DNA from: Malacoraja senta
Taxonomy: Eukaryota
NCBI GenBank assembly: GCA_038087875.1
Contig: CM075988.1
Span: 4,154,001-4,218,000 of the forward strand
Direction: 5' to 3'
DNA length: 64,000 nt
Shown here: piece by piece, positions 13,365 through 26,086 of the stretch
How the letters are laid out: every line of letters begins with the position of its first letter
How positions within the stretch are numbered: position 1 is the first letter of the stretch
Notes under the pieces: model-generated
The model's input: the letters and a program-made list of their open reading frames with translations, nothing else
Told to the model about the DNA's origin: nothing
Database searches by the model: none
Program-made: the position numbers and the translations under genes

Positions 13365-13690
13365 AGCTGGCACAGCGAGTAAACCGTCCGTCCGCCGCTG
13401 TGTGCAGGGCGATAGGACTGCAGGTGATTCCCCTCTCCCCGCTCCGAGCTGCTCCCTGCCTGCCTGCCTGCCTGCTAGCCGCGCTTCTCTCCTCGCCGCC
13501 CCGCTCCTTCCCCCGCTCAGCACCGCTCCTCTCTGACACTCATTCGGATCCAGCGCTTCCACAGGCTGCAACTCCGCCCACAGCGGCAGCCAGCCCGGCA
13601 ACACAGCGGCCACCGCCGCCCGGCGTCCTCGCCACGGCCCCACCGACACCGGGGGAAGGGCGGCCAGGATCATACCCCGGGGGAGGGGGG
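13365..13690 (-). promoter_or_regulatory. CpG-rich 5' UTR / proximal promoter
   Basis: GC-rich with GGC/GCAG runs and a GGGCGG GC box near 13658-13663. Confidence 0.55.
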
Positions 13691-14560
13691 CAATGGGTCA
13701 ATGTCCCAGAAGAGGGTAATGGGTCAATACCCCAGGACTGGGCAATGGGTCAATACCCCAGGACTGGGCAATGGGTCAATACCCCAGGACTGGGCAATGG
13801 GTCAATACCCCAGGACTGGGCAATGGGTCAATACCCCAGGACTGGGCAATGGGTCAATACCCCAGGACTGGGCAATGGGTCAATACCCCAGGACTGGGCA
13901 ATGGGTCAATAGCCCAGGACTGGGCTATGGGTCAATACCCCAGGACTGGGCTATGGGTCAATAACCCAGGACTGGGCTATGGGTCAATAACCCAGGACTG
14001 GGCAATGGGTCCATAACCCAGGACTGGGCAATGGGTCAATACCCCAGGACTGGGCAATGGACAAATACCTAGTGCTGGGCATTGGGCAAATATACCAATA
14101 CCCCAGGAAAGGCCAATGGGCCAATACCCCAGGAGAGGGCAGTGGGCCAATCCACCAATACCCCAGGTGTGGGCAATGAACCAATGCACTAATACCCCAG
14201 GAGAAGGCAATGGACTAATACCCTAGCACAGATACCGCAACACAGGGCAATTGGCTAATATGCCAACACAGGACAATGGACCAATGCATAAATGCCCCAG
14301 GAGAGGGTAATGGACCCATGCCCAGCACAGGACCATGGGCTAATAGCCCAGGAGAGGGCTCTGGGTAATACCCCAGCACAGGGCAATTCACTCAATGCCT
14401 CAGCAAAGGGCAATGGACTAATGCCCCAACACAGGGCACTGGAACAATGCCCCACTTCCCAGCTATGGATCTAAAGCACAATTTAATGCATTGGATTATT
14501 ACCCCACCTCCAGGCAATGGATCCAACACTTAACCACAGGGCAATAGACTAATTGCCTGT
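13688..14560. repeat. 26-bp minisatellite GGGCAATGGGTCAATACCCCAGGACT, near-perfect to about 14060, then decaying
   Basis: Period 26 counted directly (13740 to 13766); about 13 clean units. Confidence 0.95.
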
Positions 14561-14852
14561 CGGGGCAACAGATACAACAGTCTGAAAGGCAACAGTCCCA
14601 ATATTCTAGAAGAGGGCAGCAAACCTCACTGACACACACTGGGTAGTAATTCTGACCCACCCAGCATAGGGCAGTGCCCGGGCACAGAGCCACACACACA
14701 GCACAGGGCAGCAGACATGGTGCGTCTGACTCACCAATGGGAAACGCATGCTCCACAAACTGCAGTGGTGCAGAATGCACTGAAGGTGGCTCAGCGGAAT
14801 GCAACAGTTCCTGACCCCACAGCGCAGGCCAGCACTAGTGACAACAGAATCG

Positions 14853-15262
14853 AAAGGGGCTGCTCCTTGCCTTCTGGCTGATCTTCTCACCCACCATCCT
14901 CATCTTTGGACACCCTGTGCGTAGGGGAGAGGGTAGGGCCGAAGATGTCTTGGTTGGGTTGCTCCTAGGCCTGGCCAAGCTGGCCATCCATGAGTCACGG
15001 CGCAGGCAGAAGAGGGCTCGGCACCCGGGTGGTACTAGAAAGGGACTACATCCTGACCACGGGCGCCCTGGGGGATTTCTGGGACTGCTGGGCACCGCAG
15101 GGGGTGGAACTTAATAAGGATGGTGATATAGTTGTATAATATTTTATTTATTATTTAAGAATATTTGTTTTACACTGTATTATGGTGGTGGGTTTGTTTT
15201 GTATTGTTTTGTGTTGTACGTATCATTTTTGTAAATAATTGATTACAATTATTTTTGGTGAA
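14853..15262 (+). mobile_element. Tx1-clade LINE 3' fragment
   Basis: Encodes KGLLLAFWL.FSPTILIFGHPVRRGEGRAEDVLVGLLLGLAKLAIHESRR, homologous to the ORF2 C-terminus of the element at 29314-35753; T-rich 3' UTR. Confidence 0.85.
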
Positions 15263-15627
15263 AAGACAATTACAAGATCGCAGTGGCGATACCTTGGTTA
15301 ATGAGCCTTGGTCACCTGAACTTGTGATCAACAGCCTCGGACTAATAATCCACAGGCCACGGGTTCCAGTCCCATCATAGCCGCTGTGAAATTTAAATTC
15401 AGGTTGGCCAGTTAGTAATGGCAGTCTCACTAGTGATGGCCAGATCACCTTGTCACCCAAACTTGCTGAAAAAAACAATACTGCTAGTAATCATACTATC
15501 CACGCCACATCCAAATTCCAACAGCAAGGAACCACTACTCAGCACAGAACGCCACAGGAGATCCTTCTTCCCTGTGGCTATCAAACTGCACAACTCCTCC
15601 CCATTCTGTCATGGGGTCGACTGAGAC

Positions 15628-15658
<31 letters not shown>

Positions 15659-16011
15659 CGCCCAATCCTTTCCACTCAACACTTTAATTTCATATTGTAT
15701 GTATTTTGTATTTTTATGACTGTTGGCAGATCAAATTCCCCCCTGGGATAAATAAAGTTCTATCGTATCGTATTGTATTGGGCAAACTGTGTAGGAGGTC
15801 ATACAGCTAGCATGGAACAATGCATCCAGACTTGACTCAGGGCGATCTCATACACTTCAAAACCGAGCAGAGGTGAATTATTTGATGTCCACCCATTTCA
15901 CCAACATGGGGAAACACATTTCAGCCCAAAAGCCCAGCACAGGGCAAATCCTGGGTGATAGTCAACACAAGGTAAATGACCCAGCTGGTTCTGCTGTATT
16001 GAGGAACACAA

Positions 16012-16180
16012 GGGCGGTCACGGTGGTGCAGCGGTATGGTTGCTGCCTTACAGCACTTGCAGTGCTGGTGATCCGGGTTCGATCCCGACTACGAGTGCTG
16101 TCTGTACGGAGTTTGTACATTCTCCCCGTGACCACGTGGGTTTTCTCTGAGATCTTCAGCTTCCTTTCACACTCCAAAGA
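16012..16180 (+). mobile_element. HE1-like SINE 5' part, cut by the assembly gap
   Basis: A-box-like TGGTGCAGCGG and B box GGTTCGATCC. Confidence 0.8.
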
Positions 16181-16380
16181 NNNNNNNNNNNNNNNNNNNN
16201 NNNNNNNNNNNNNNNNNNNNNNNNNNNNNNNNNNNNNNNNNNNNNNNNNNNNNNNNNNNNNNNNNNNNNNNNNNNNNNNNNNNNNNNNNNNNNNNNNNNN
16301 NNNNNNNNNNNNNNNNNNNNNNNNNNNNNNNNNNNNNNNNNNNNNNNNNNNNNNNNNNNNNNNNNNNNNNNNNNNNNNNN
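16181..16380. other. Assembly gap (200 N)
   Basis: Run of N. Confidence 1.
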
Positions 16381-17180
16381 GGAAAGACTGTGGCTCCCAA
16401 CCTACCTGATTGTGGACCTTGCACTTTTTTTGTTAATCTGCATTTTCCCTGCAGCTGTGATGAGATTAGAGTTTAGAGATACAGCATGGCCATGGACCCT
16501 TCCGCCCATTGAGCCCACAGCGACCATTACCATTATCTCTCTTTCCTATCCACTCGCTGTGCATTAGGGGCAAGCTGCACATCTTTGGGATGAAGGAGGA
16601 AACCGGCACAGTGAGAACATGCAAATTCCACATAGACAGCACCTGAGGTGAGGATTGAACCCGAGTCTCTGGTCCTGTGAGGTAGCAGCACTACCTGCTG
16701 TGCCACCATGCCGCCCTTTATGCCATAACGTTTTTTTACATAATATTCTGCCCTCTGGTATTTTCCTCTTTGCACTGCCTGATGCACTTGGACAAGACTT
16801 GATTGTACTCATGTGTGGTATGAATTGACTGGATAGCCCACAAACAAAGTTATTCTCTGTATCTCGGTACGCATGACAACAATAAACCAATACCAATACC
16901 ATTTACTGTGTAAGTTCTACCCTGGTTTGCCGTCCATATTCAACACCTCGTATTTATCTGAATTAACCTCATCTGCCATATCTCTGCCCAGTTGATCAAG
17001 ATTCCATTGCTTTCTTCGATAACTTTCTTCACTGAAATATTTTGTGCTGCCCCTCTACTCTTCATGTTCAGATCAATACTGCTTAATTTACAGGGTAGAG
17101 CAAATGCACAGTCCAATAATAGACCTTATAGCTGTTTCCTTTGATGTTTCTTCAGAGGTACTGAACCAGGAATAGAAGTT

Positions 17181-17755
17181 GGGCGGTCATGTTGCAGATG
17201 TATAAGGCATTGGTGAGGCCGCATTTATAGTATTGTGTTCAATTCTGGGCACCATGTTATAGGAAAGATGTTGTCAAGCTGGAAAGGGTGCAGAGAAGAT
17301 TTACGAGGATGTTGCTAAGACTCGAGGGCCTGAGGTATAGGGAGAGGTTGAGCGGGCTGGGACTCTATTCCTTGGAGCGCAGGAGGATGAGGGGTGATCA
17401 TATAGTGGTGCAGAAAATCACGAGAGGAATAGATCGGGTAGATGCACAGAGTAGGTGAATGGAGGACCAGGCAACCTAGCTTTAAAGTGAAGGGGGGAAG
17501 TTTTAATAGGAATCTTGGGGTAACTTTTCACACAAAGGGTGGTGAATAAATGGAACAAGTTGCCAGAGGAGGTAGTTGAGGCAGAGACTGTCTCAACGTT
17601 TAAGACACAGTTAGACAGGTACATGGATAGGACAGGTTTGGAGAGATAGCGACCAAATGCAGGCAGGTGGGACTAGCGCAGATGGGGCATTATGGTTGGT
17701 GTGGGCAAGTTGGGCCAATGGGCCTGCTTGATGCTGTATCATTCCATGACTCTAC
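17181..17755 (+). mobile_element. CR1 LINE 3' fragment
   Basis: VMLQMYKALVRPHL*YCVQFW...LERVQRRFTRML...FFTQRVV..WNKLPEEVVEA remnants and a CR1 3' tail. Confidence 0.85.
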
Positions 17756-18090
17756 ATCCTTAAGCCATGTACTGTCCTTGTTCCACGATCTGCCTATTCA
17801 ATTGCTTGTCTCCTTGTTCCAGTAAGGAGGAGATTGTGGCATGAACTCTGGAGGGAGCCTGCTTGTAATATCTACCCTTGGAACTGCCCTTCCTCTATCC
17901 TTCATGGCAGTCACTCCTGTATAGGTGTGTACAATCACTCCTATAACCTTTTTGGAATTACATGTACACAGTTCTGCACATGTCCATGGCAGTACTTAAA
18001 TAGAAGTACCGCTACTTATAGTACTGCTACTATACCTGTAAATGTATAATTTTGTACTTATAATTCAAACTTAGAGTTTTGAATTATGTT

Positions 18091-18405
18091 GGTGGCAGCA
18101 CGGTGGCGCAGCAGTGGAGTTGCTGCCTTTCAGCCCCGGAGACCTGGGTTCGATCCCGACTACGGGTGCTGTTCGTACGGAGTTTGTATTTCTCCCCGTG
18201 ACCGCATGGGTTTCCTCCGAGATCCTTGGTTTCCTCCCACACTCCAAAGACGTACAGGTATGTTTATTAATTGGCTTGGTATAAATGTAAAATTGTCCCA
18301 AGTGTGTGTAGGATAGTGTTAGTGTGCGGGGATCACTGGTCAGTGTGGACTTGGTGGAACGAAGGACCTGTTTCCGCGCTGTATCTCTAAACTAGACTAA
18401 ACTAA
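18091..18405 (+). mobile_element. HE1-like SINE, full length
   Basis: A/B boxes, body and (TAAAC)n tail. Confidence 0.88.
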
Positions 18406-19198
18406 AGTACAAAAGTAACATCTTTTGTACTTATAATTCAAACTAAAGTTATAATCAATAACTAAAAGGAAAAATAAGCTGAATGGAAAAATAGGTTTTA
18501 TTTTTAAAAGAGCAGATTGAAGATGATTGAAGAGAGATTCCGGCTTTGGGTGGCTGACCTCTTGGATATAGTGTTCTCTATTTGAGTCGATTAGACCATG
18601 GTCCAGTGAAGGATTACCAATGTACAGGCAGCGAGCTGACTGATGTACAACAGTGCAGCAAAAAACCCTGACAGCACTTTTGTGAACACAATGGCCATGC
18701 AAAAGAAAACCCTTGGAATGAAAGAATATAAATCCCATTGAATTCCTGAAACTCTCTTCAGCTTTTTGGATGCCAACATTTCTGCTGAATTTGTCATCAA
18801 AACCATTTCTAACAACATAACTTCATGATTTGAATCCCCTGCCTCCTCTTTTCTTCCCCACACCCTCCCCTTCCTTCGTTGGTTCCTACCTGGCCTCCAA
18901 CCTATTTTTCCCCTCCACCCATACCTTATCCTGCTACTTTCCACCCATCCCTGGCTACACAATCTGCAACTCTTTAAACCTGTCTCACGTCTTCTGTTCT
19001 TATTCCTGGCCTTTGTTCCACCATCTGACTGTCAAAAAAATCCCCTTCGCCTGTGTCGACCTATTACCTGCCGAGCTTTGTTCTGCGTCTCCCCATTTTT
19101 AGGCTTTCATTCCCCCCCCCCTCCTCCCCACAATCAGCCTGACGAAGAGTCTCGACCCGAAACATCTCATATCCATGTTCTCCAGAGAAGCTGCCTAA

Positions 19199-19430
19199 AG
19201 TCCCTGTCCCAATTTCACGACCTAATTGGCGACCTCTGCCGAGTTTTCCCTTGACTCATACTCGCAGCATGGTCGCCACGAGGTCGTCGGAGGTCTTCAT
19301 AACTCTTCCTTATGCTTGTGAGTGGTCTCGGCGTACTCGTGGCACCAAGTAGGTCGCGGCGTTTTTTCCAGCCTGATAAAAAATGTCCACGAGTTAAAAA
19401 AAGGTTGGCATGGAAAAAATGGATACAGTA
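19199..19430 (+). mobile_element. PIF/Harbinger-like MITE left end (partial)
   Basis: TAA then AGTCCCTGTCCCA, the same terminus as the complete copies at 28969, 51008 and 63379; inserted in a Penelope-derived unit. Confidence 0.55.
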
Positions 19431-21567
19431 CGTTTCCAAAATTCTGCTGTGTCTTTGTGTAACTCCAGCACCGTGTGTTCACTTTTTGTCAACCAGCATC
19501 TGTCCTTTCTTGTGTATGACATTATGTGTATCCGTGGCAGTTGATTGTCGCTCCGTTCAGTTTCCCAGAGGGTCGGGACGGGGCTGGAGTTGGGAGGGAA
19601 TGGTGTGGGGTGGGGGGGGGGGGGGGGGGGGGGGAGGTTGGGGTGAATTAGTACGGGAGACAAGTGTGCTGACTGTGTGGGCAGACACTTTGGTAGTGAT
19701 TGCCCATGGGGTTCACTGTCGAGGACTTCATAATGCAGGAAGCATTATAAACAGTGGAGCGATTAACCCTGGAAAGGGGGGAGACTTCTCTCTGAGTTGG
19801 ACCCATTTGCAGGAATTTTCTTGAGGTTATTAACGACAGATAAATGGATGGGAAGGGTTTAGAGGGCTATGGGCCATATGCAGGCAAATAGGACTACCCC
19901 AAAACGCCAACTTGGACGGCACGGCCTATCTGGGCCGAAAGACCTGTTTCCGTGTTGTACAGCACCATGACTAAAGCCTATCCAGTGGGATTGACATGTT
20001 TTGTATTTTTCCTTTCTAAAGATGCAGTGTATTTTGGTGACTATTGCACACTGCAGACCAGAAGCGCTTTCAATACCCAGAGAGAAGGGATGGGCGGGTT
20101 AGGTGAGCAGGAGAGTGGGGTTGTTTGCAGTTGCAGAGGGAGGGGGCAAGGGCGGTACAGTTCCCAGTCTCAGCTCCTGTTCTACCGAGCGTGTGGACGT
20201 GGACGGGTGGCTTGGTTGGTGGCGGCCCATGGTGTGGCAGAGCCGGCGTGCCCGCTAACTCCCATCCCCCCCCCCCCCGGTCTGGGGCCGCGCTGGGAGA
20301 GAGCCCCCGCGCATCTGACCCGGGGCGACGGGCACTGACCTGCTGGCATCGCCGACGTGAAGACAGTGCAAAGCCCCCGCGCCCGGTGCAATGGGCGGGG
20401 AGCTGGAGAGGGGAGGGAAGGGGTCACACACATGGCCGGGAAGCAGAGGGGTGGGGGTGGGGGTGGGGGTGGTGACAGACAGGGCCAACAATGAGATGGA
20501 GAAAGACAGAAACACCGACGTGTAAAGGAGACCTACAATGGTGCATGATCTCTCTCGTGTTATGGCGGGTGTTTCTGACGCTAAAGCCTTGGGATCATTG
20601 CCTTCGTGTTGGCGTGGAGGGGGAGGGGGGTATCGTGCTGTTTGATCGCACCCTGCTATCCCAGGGACAGGGAGACACAGCGGCTTTTGAGACTGGTGGG
20701 CAATCACTACCAACGTGTCTGCCCACACAGTCAGTACACCTCTCCTACACTTGTCTCCCGTACTAAGATCATCCCGCAGAGAATGATCCCAGCCTAACCC
20801 AAGAGCCTTGTCACCCCAGACAGATTAATGACGCCCTCCCTCTACCTCAACTCACGCCTGGGCACCAAAGCTGCTCAGGAGCCGAACCCTGAGCTCCGTC
20901 TCCCAACAATCTGATGTGCAACTGATGTGAAAGAACAGCGGCTGCGGCCCGCCGGCACCTGGCATGGACTTCTCACACCCTCACACACGAAAAGTGTGTG
21001 AGAATAAACAAAAACAAGGAATAAAACCAAAGCCCGGCTTGAAAGGCATCTAAAAATATATTCCGCTTAGAACGAGCAGGCGCGGAGACATCCGTCCACA
21101 TTCAAAGATTTCATCTCTCGTCTCCCCGCAGTGTGTAGACCTGGCAGTAAATTCAATTAAAATATAGCAAACCTCCGCTCGCTGGTCTTCTAACTACGTG
21201 ATGTGTGTTTCAAACAAATCATAAGTATAATTGCTCTGGCACTGGACGGTACGCATTTTCCCTTTGTAGGTCACATCAATAGATTCGGCCGCGCTGAATT
21301 CTATCTTTAACTCAAAGCCGCAGGATGGAGATGTCTTCTTTAACACTGTTGCTTATTAAAACAGACCTTCATTCATGGTTGGCTCAAGAGTAACTCGGGA
21401 GAGGAACTTGGAACATCGCAGAAATGACAAGTAAACGGCAAACGTAGTCATACCCATGGGAACTCGGTTAAACTCTTGATCATACACTTGGAATCTCGTA
21501 CACAACCACGAGTCTTTCGCTCGGGGTACCTCGTGGGTCAACTCGCACCATGAGGCAGGGCTTTAAG

Positions 21568-22150
21568 GAAGTTCACCATGTCCTTAAAAAACTCACCAAC
21601 TTCTACAGATGCGCCTTAGAAATTATTTTATCAGATGCATCACAGCTTGGTTTGGGAACAGCTCCATCCAACGCAAGAAATTGCAGCAAATTGTGGACGC
21701 AGCCCAGACTAAGACACAAACCAACCTCCCTTCCATTGACTGCATTTACACTTCCTGTGCCCCAGCAAGGCCAGCAGCCTAATCAACGACGAGCCTCTTT
21801 TCTCCTCTCTCCCATCAGGCAAGAGGTACAAAAGTGTGAAAACGCACACCTCCAGATTCAGGGCAGTTTCTCCCCAGCTGTTATCAGGCAACTGAACCAT
21901 TCTGTCCAACTAGAGAGTGGTCTTGACCAACCATCTGCCTCATCGGAGACCCTCAGATTATCTTTAATCAGATTTTATTGGACTTTATCTTGCACTAAGC
22001 ATTATTTCCTTTATCCGGTGTCTGTACACTGTGGACGGCTTGATTGTAATCATGTATTGTCTTTCCGCTGACTGGATAGCACGCAGCAAAACAGGTTTTC
22101 ACTGTACCTCGGTCCCCGTGACAACAATAAACCAAACTAAACTAAACTAA
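21568..22150 (+). mobile_element. Rex1/Babar LINE 3' fragment
   Basis: LTNFYRCA.E.ILS.CITAWFGN...SF.PAVIRQLN remnants and a (TAAAC)n tail. Confidence 0.75.
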
Positions 22151-25100
22151 ACATACAAAATGTGTTGGAAGGAGCTGCAGATGGACACAAAAAGCTGGAG
22201 TAACTCAGTGGGTCAGACAGCATCCCAAGAGAAAAGGAATAGGTCTCTCATTTACCTGTCTCCGACTCTCAGTCTGAAGAAGGTTCTCAACCTGAAGCGT
22301 CACCTATACCTTTTCTCCAGAGATGCTGTCTGACCCGCTGAGTTACTCCAGCTTTTTGTGTCGATCTTTGGTCTAAATTAAACATACATCTTGATATAAC
22401 GTTGACAGTTCCTTTCCCCCCACAGATGCTGCTTGGTCTGTTGAGTTCCTCCTGCAGATTGTTTGTTGTTGAGGGCTATGGTGAACAGGCACAGAAAGAT
22501 GTGGAGAAGATCAGCCATGATCATATTGAAGGGCAGGGCAGGTTTGAGGTGGTAAAATGCCTCCTCTTCTTCCTCTGTACGTCTTGCCTGATGGGAGAGG
22601 GGAGACGTGCGAGTGCCCAGTGTGAGATACATGGTTCATTTTACTTCGGAGTCACGTGAGTGATTCCGTGAAGAAGCCCCGCCAGTCCGCATGCGCGTCA
22701 TATCGTCGTTCGCATGGCGAAGCACCGGACTGGCAGGGCATCACTCCTGCCGGCGGTAAGTTTAAAACTTCAGGTAAGTTTTGTATCACTTACCAGGTTT
22801 TGAATTTCTTGCAGGAACCTCTTTTCACAGAGGTATCCTGCTAGATATTGTGGCGAATTCCGGCGAGTGAACCGGCTATGTGCTGTGGGGAGACCCGGTT
22901 CCGACCGCGAAAGCGGATAGTCGGCAGATGTCGGGTTCGTGATTTCCAGCCTGCTGTGTTCCTGGGGAGGGAAAATCAAGCAGGAAGGCGGTATCACCGC
23001 CAGAGTCGCTGACAGTGTGGTCAGCGGCTCACAGACATATCATCGTTCGGTGGTCCCCAGGCATGGGGGAAATCACCGATACATCGATCAGCCCTATTGA
23101 ACTCGGACGAGTCGGGCTGCAAGGATTCCCTTCCGGAAATAAGTATATATTTGGAGGATTCTGTTTGTCATTTTAATCCTTTACAGGTGAAGCTCCACAC
23201 TCAAAAATTGAATTTGGAAGCGCGGGCCTGTGGGACAGGCCGCGCCAGCAGCGCCTAGGACAGGGCTGCTTAATGTCTCCCTGTTGGAGGGGGAGACCAT
23301 CATGGGTCAGTATACTGCTGACGCCGTATCTGTCACAGAGCCGGCCTACGGGACAGGCCGCGCCAGCAGCGCCTGGGACAGGGCTGCTTAATGTGTGACA
23401 GCGCCGGCCTGGACAAGAGGCCGTGCCAGCAGCGCCTGGGACAGGGCTGCTTCATGTCTCCCTCTTTGAAGAGGAGAGCATGCTGGGTCAGTGTAATTCT
23501 GACGCCGAGGCTGAGGGTATAGCCGTGGAGCATACCCCAAGGGATGAAGGGCACGTGTCAGAGGTATAATTTCCTGACAACAAAGTTTGCCATCCCAACA
23601 GAATGTTCCATCCTGGTATAGGGCCATTGGGGGCCGTATCAGCGCAGGTATCCCAGGGGCCTGCGGCAGCACCTGTTTAGGGCTGCCTACGAATCGCCCT
23701 CTCTAAGGAGGGGAGCGCGAAAGGTCAGATGTAACTGACTTCAGATTCTAAAGATGTCCGTGGAACATACTGGAGCACATGTGTGCCTGCAGTGAACAGC
23801 GCTATCAGGGGGATATGAGAGACAGCTGCCGAATCTTCTATTCAGGTAAGGTCTATTCAACAGCAAAAACCTGGATGAAGCAAAAGCTGTCGGACCAATT
23901 AAGACCAAAGGCGGGCAAAGGTTCATCGGTACAGAACGCATCCTATGCCTTCATCGGCAGTCAGCGGTTCACTGAAACTGGTGGCAGCATGACAGCTGGG
24001 CAGAGGTTCCACGCACCCTACCAGTCCAACTCAACAAGGTGGGTCTGGCACTTCCGAAACATGGGTAAATGGACTACTCACAAGTTGGTAATAGTTACAC
24101 TTGTTTGTACAGCACACAAAGGATAAAGGCATTGTCATCTGCTTAGAGGCATCTAACCACGTAAAACTGCACAATACTAGCATGCCAAGCAAGTTTGGAA
24201 TTAGGGCCAGAATTGTCGTTTTCAAGACAGGCTCGGAAATCGGGCCAGAGTTATCGTGCGAAGCACCCAGGGAATGATGGCAGGAGTGGCCTGTTCATTA
24301 TGAAAAATGGAGAAAGTCGTTTAACTCGCATATAAACTTTCCAAATAGGAAACTTCTTTATTGACTAACAACGGATTCATAAGGGTCTCAAAGATCCATT
24401 CTATGCAGTTCCCATTACAGGGATCGTCGGAGACATTGGAAATTATCAAAAGGCAATGATAACTGTACTAATAACAGTAAAACATTGCAAATTGGGATAT
24501 ACTATTTCCCCAGTTTATTTAACTAATTAGTAAAATCGGTGTTTGGACTCAGAGTTCGAAAATACTTGTTATGTCTTGACTGGATGATATTCTAACGCTG
24601 TATTTTGTTAAAATCACCTGTTTCAGCCTCAAACTGTATTTGAGATATTGGCATCCAGCCAGTTAACTTTATGTTGTTACCAAATAGACTTGTTGGTCAT
24701 TGGGATTTACTTTTAACTATTAATTGGCCTATGACTCCGCCTTGTGGCACGAGATTGGAGTTAATAGAAACCTGTTATTAAGCTGAATTCTATTCATCAA
24801 GAGTAATTGGCAATATAGTAGCTGTGATTCAGCTGTGCAAGTCGGGAACTGACACCTTGCAAAGTAGCAACCTCTCATATGACATGTCATATGAGAGGTC
24901 TCCCATATAACCATGGTTATATGGTCTCCTATATAACCATATAACCATTGTTAACAGGCTTATGCTATGACCAGCTGAAGCTACCTAATTCACAGTGATG
25001 AACAAACAGTATTCAGCATTGCTCCAGTAGTTTGGTCAGTCGAATTTCAGGTATTTTACAAACTGATGCTAAGGACTCTAAGGTGGAAAGTTGCGAATGT

Positions 25101-26086
25101 CATCTCTAGTTTGGAGGTGGAGGAGATTTGCATGAGTTGCCAATTCTTCAGTTATTGGTAACAACTAGCTATAGACGCTAGATGCATCCCATAGGTAAAG
25201 GGCTATTGAACGAATATACATAATCTACATGCTCAAATTCAAGTTGAGACAGTACAGTGGTGGCATATGTTAGTCACATGGCAATCAAGTTAAAGTATCC
25301 TGTAATAATTTACCTAATTTCCTTTGCCACTGGTGTATCATCAAGTTCAGATTGATGACAACACAGAATAGGTGTTGGATCACAAAGTATTTATGAAAGT
25401 ATGGTTCAATGAAACACCGAATATCGACATGTTGGTTTCATGCTGATTCACTGATTACAAAAATATGTGGCATAACAGTGTTGAGAGATACATTCTCGCT
25501 ACAAGAAGGAGGAATGTTCTTTTATGTCTTCCTCCATTTTGCCTCATCAGTCGGGTCTTGAAATAAAGCCAGCAAGATCTCGCTTTAGTTTTCGTACTGT
25601 CTGACTGGCTCTGCAGCCATGATTCCCGCTTCCGTCAGGCATAATAATACAAACATATACGGTTATTCTAAAAACTAAAACTTTGGTGGTTCAAACTGTG
25701 GTTCAGGAAACCAGCCTCTGCATGATAAAATCAATTTGTTAACTTGCAGATTCTGAATAGACTGCCCTATGGCTCAGGTTGTCACATCAATCCAGGTATG
25801 TGCTCAATGCAGAGTGCAGTTATAGCACCAAAAAAGCAGTACTTTTCCTATTCAGGAGGTAGGAAGCGGTTTTGTTTAATGTTAATGTTACATTTAATAC
25901 GGTACAGATTACTGACATTTTCCAGTTCATTCTTAAATGGTCTTCTGACAATAATTGAGTTTAGGGCCATTAATTGTGCCAAATGTGTCTTCCCATCATA
26001 TTAACTGCAGCACACAGGACCCACTCTGTCGGGTTTCAACCTTGGATATCGAGTTTGTAAACGATATCTTTAACACAAGTTCCCCC

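Noticed and set aside
13688..14060. CRISPR-like array, or repeat proteins from ORFs 13400-13912 and 13701-13964
   Set aside because: Head-to-tail 26-bp units with no unique spacers, no cas genes and a eukaryotic context; the ORFs are by-products of the repeat.
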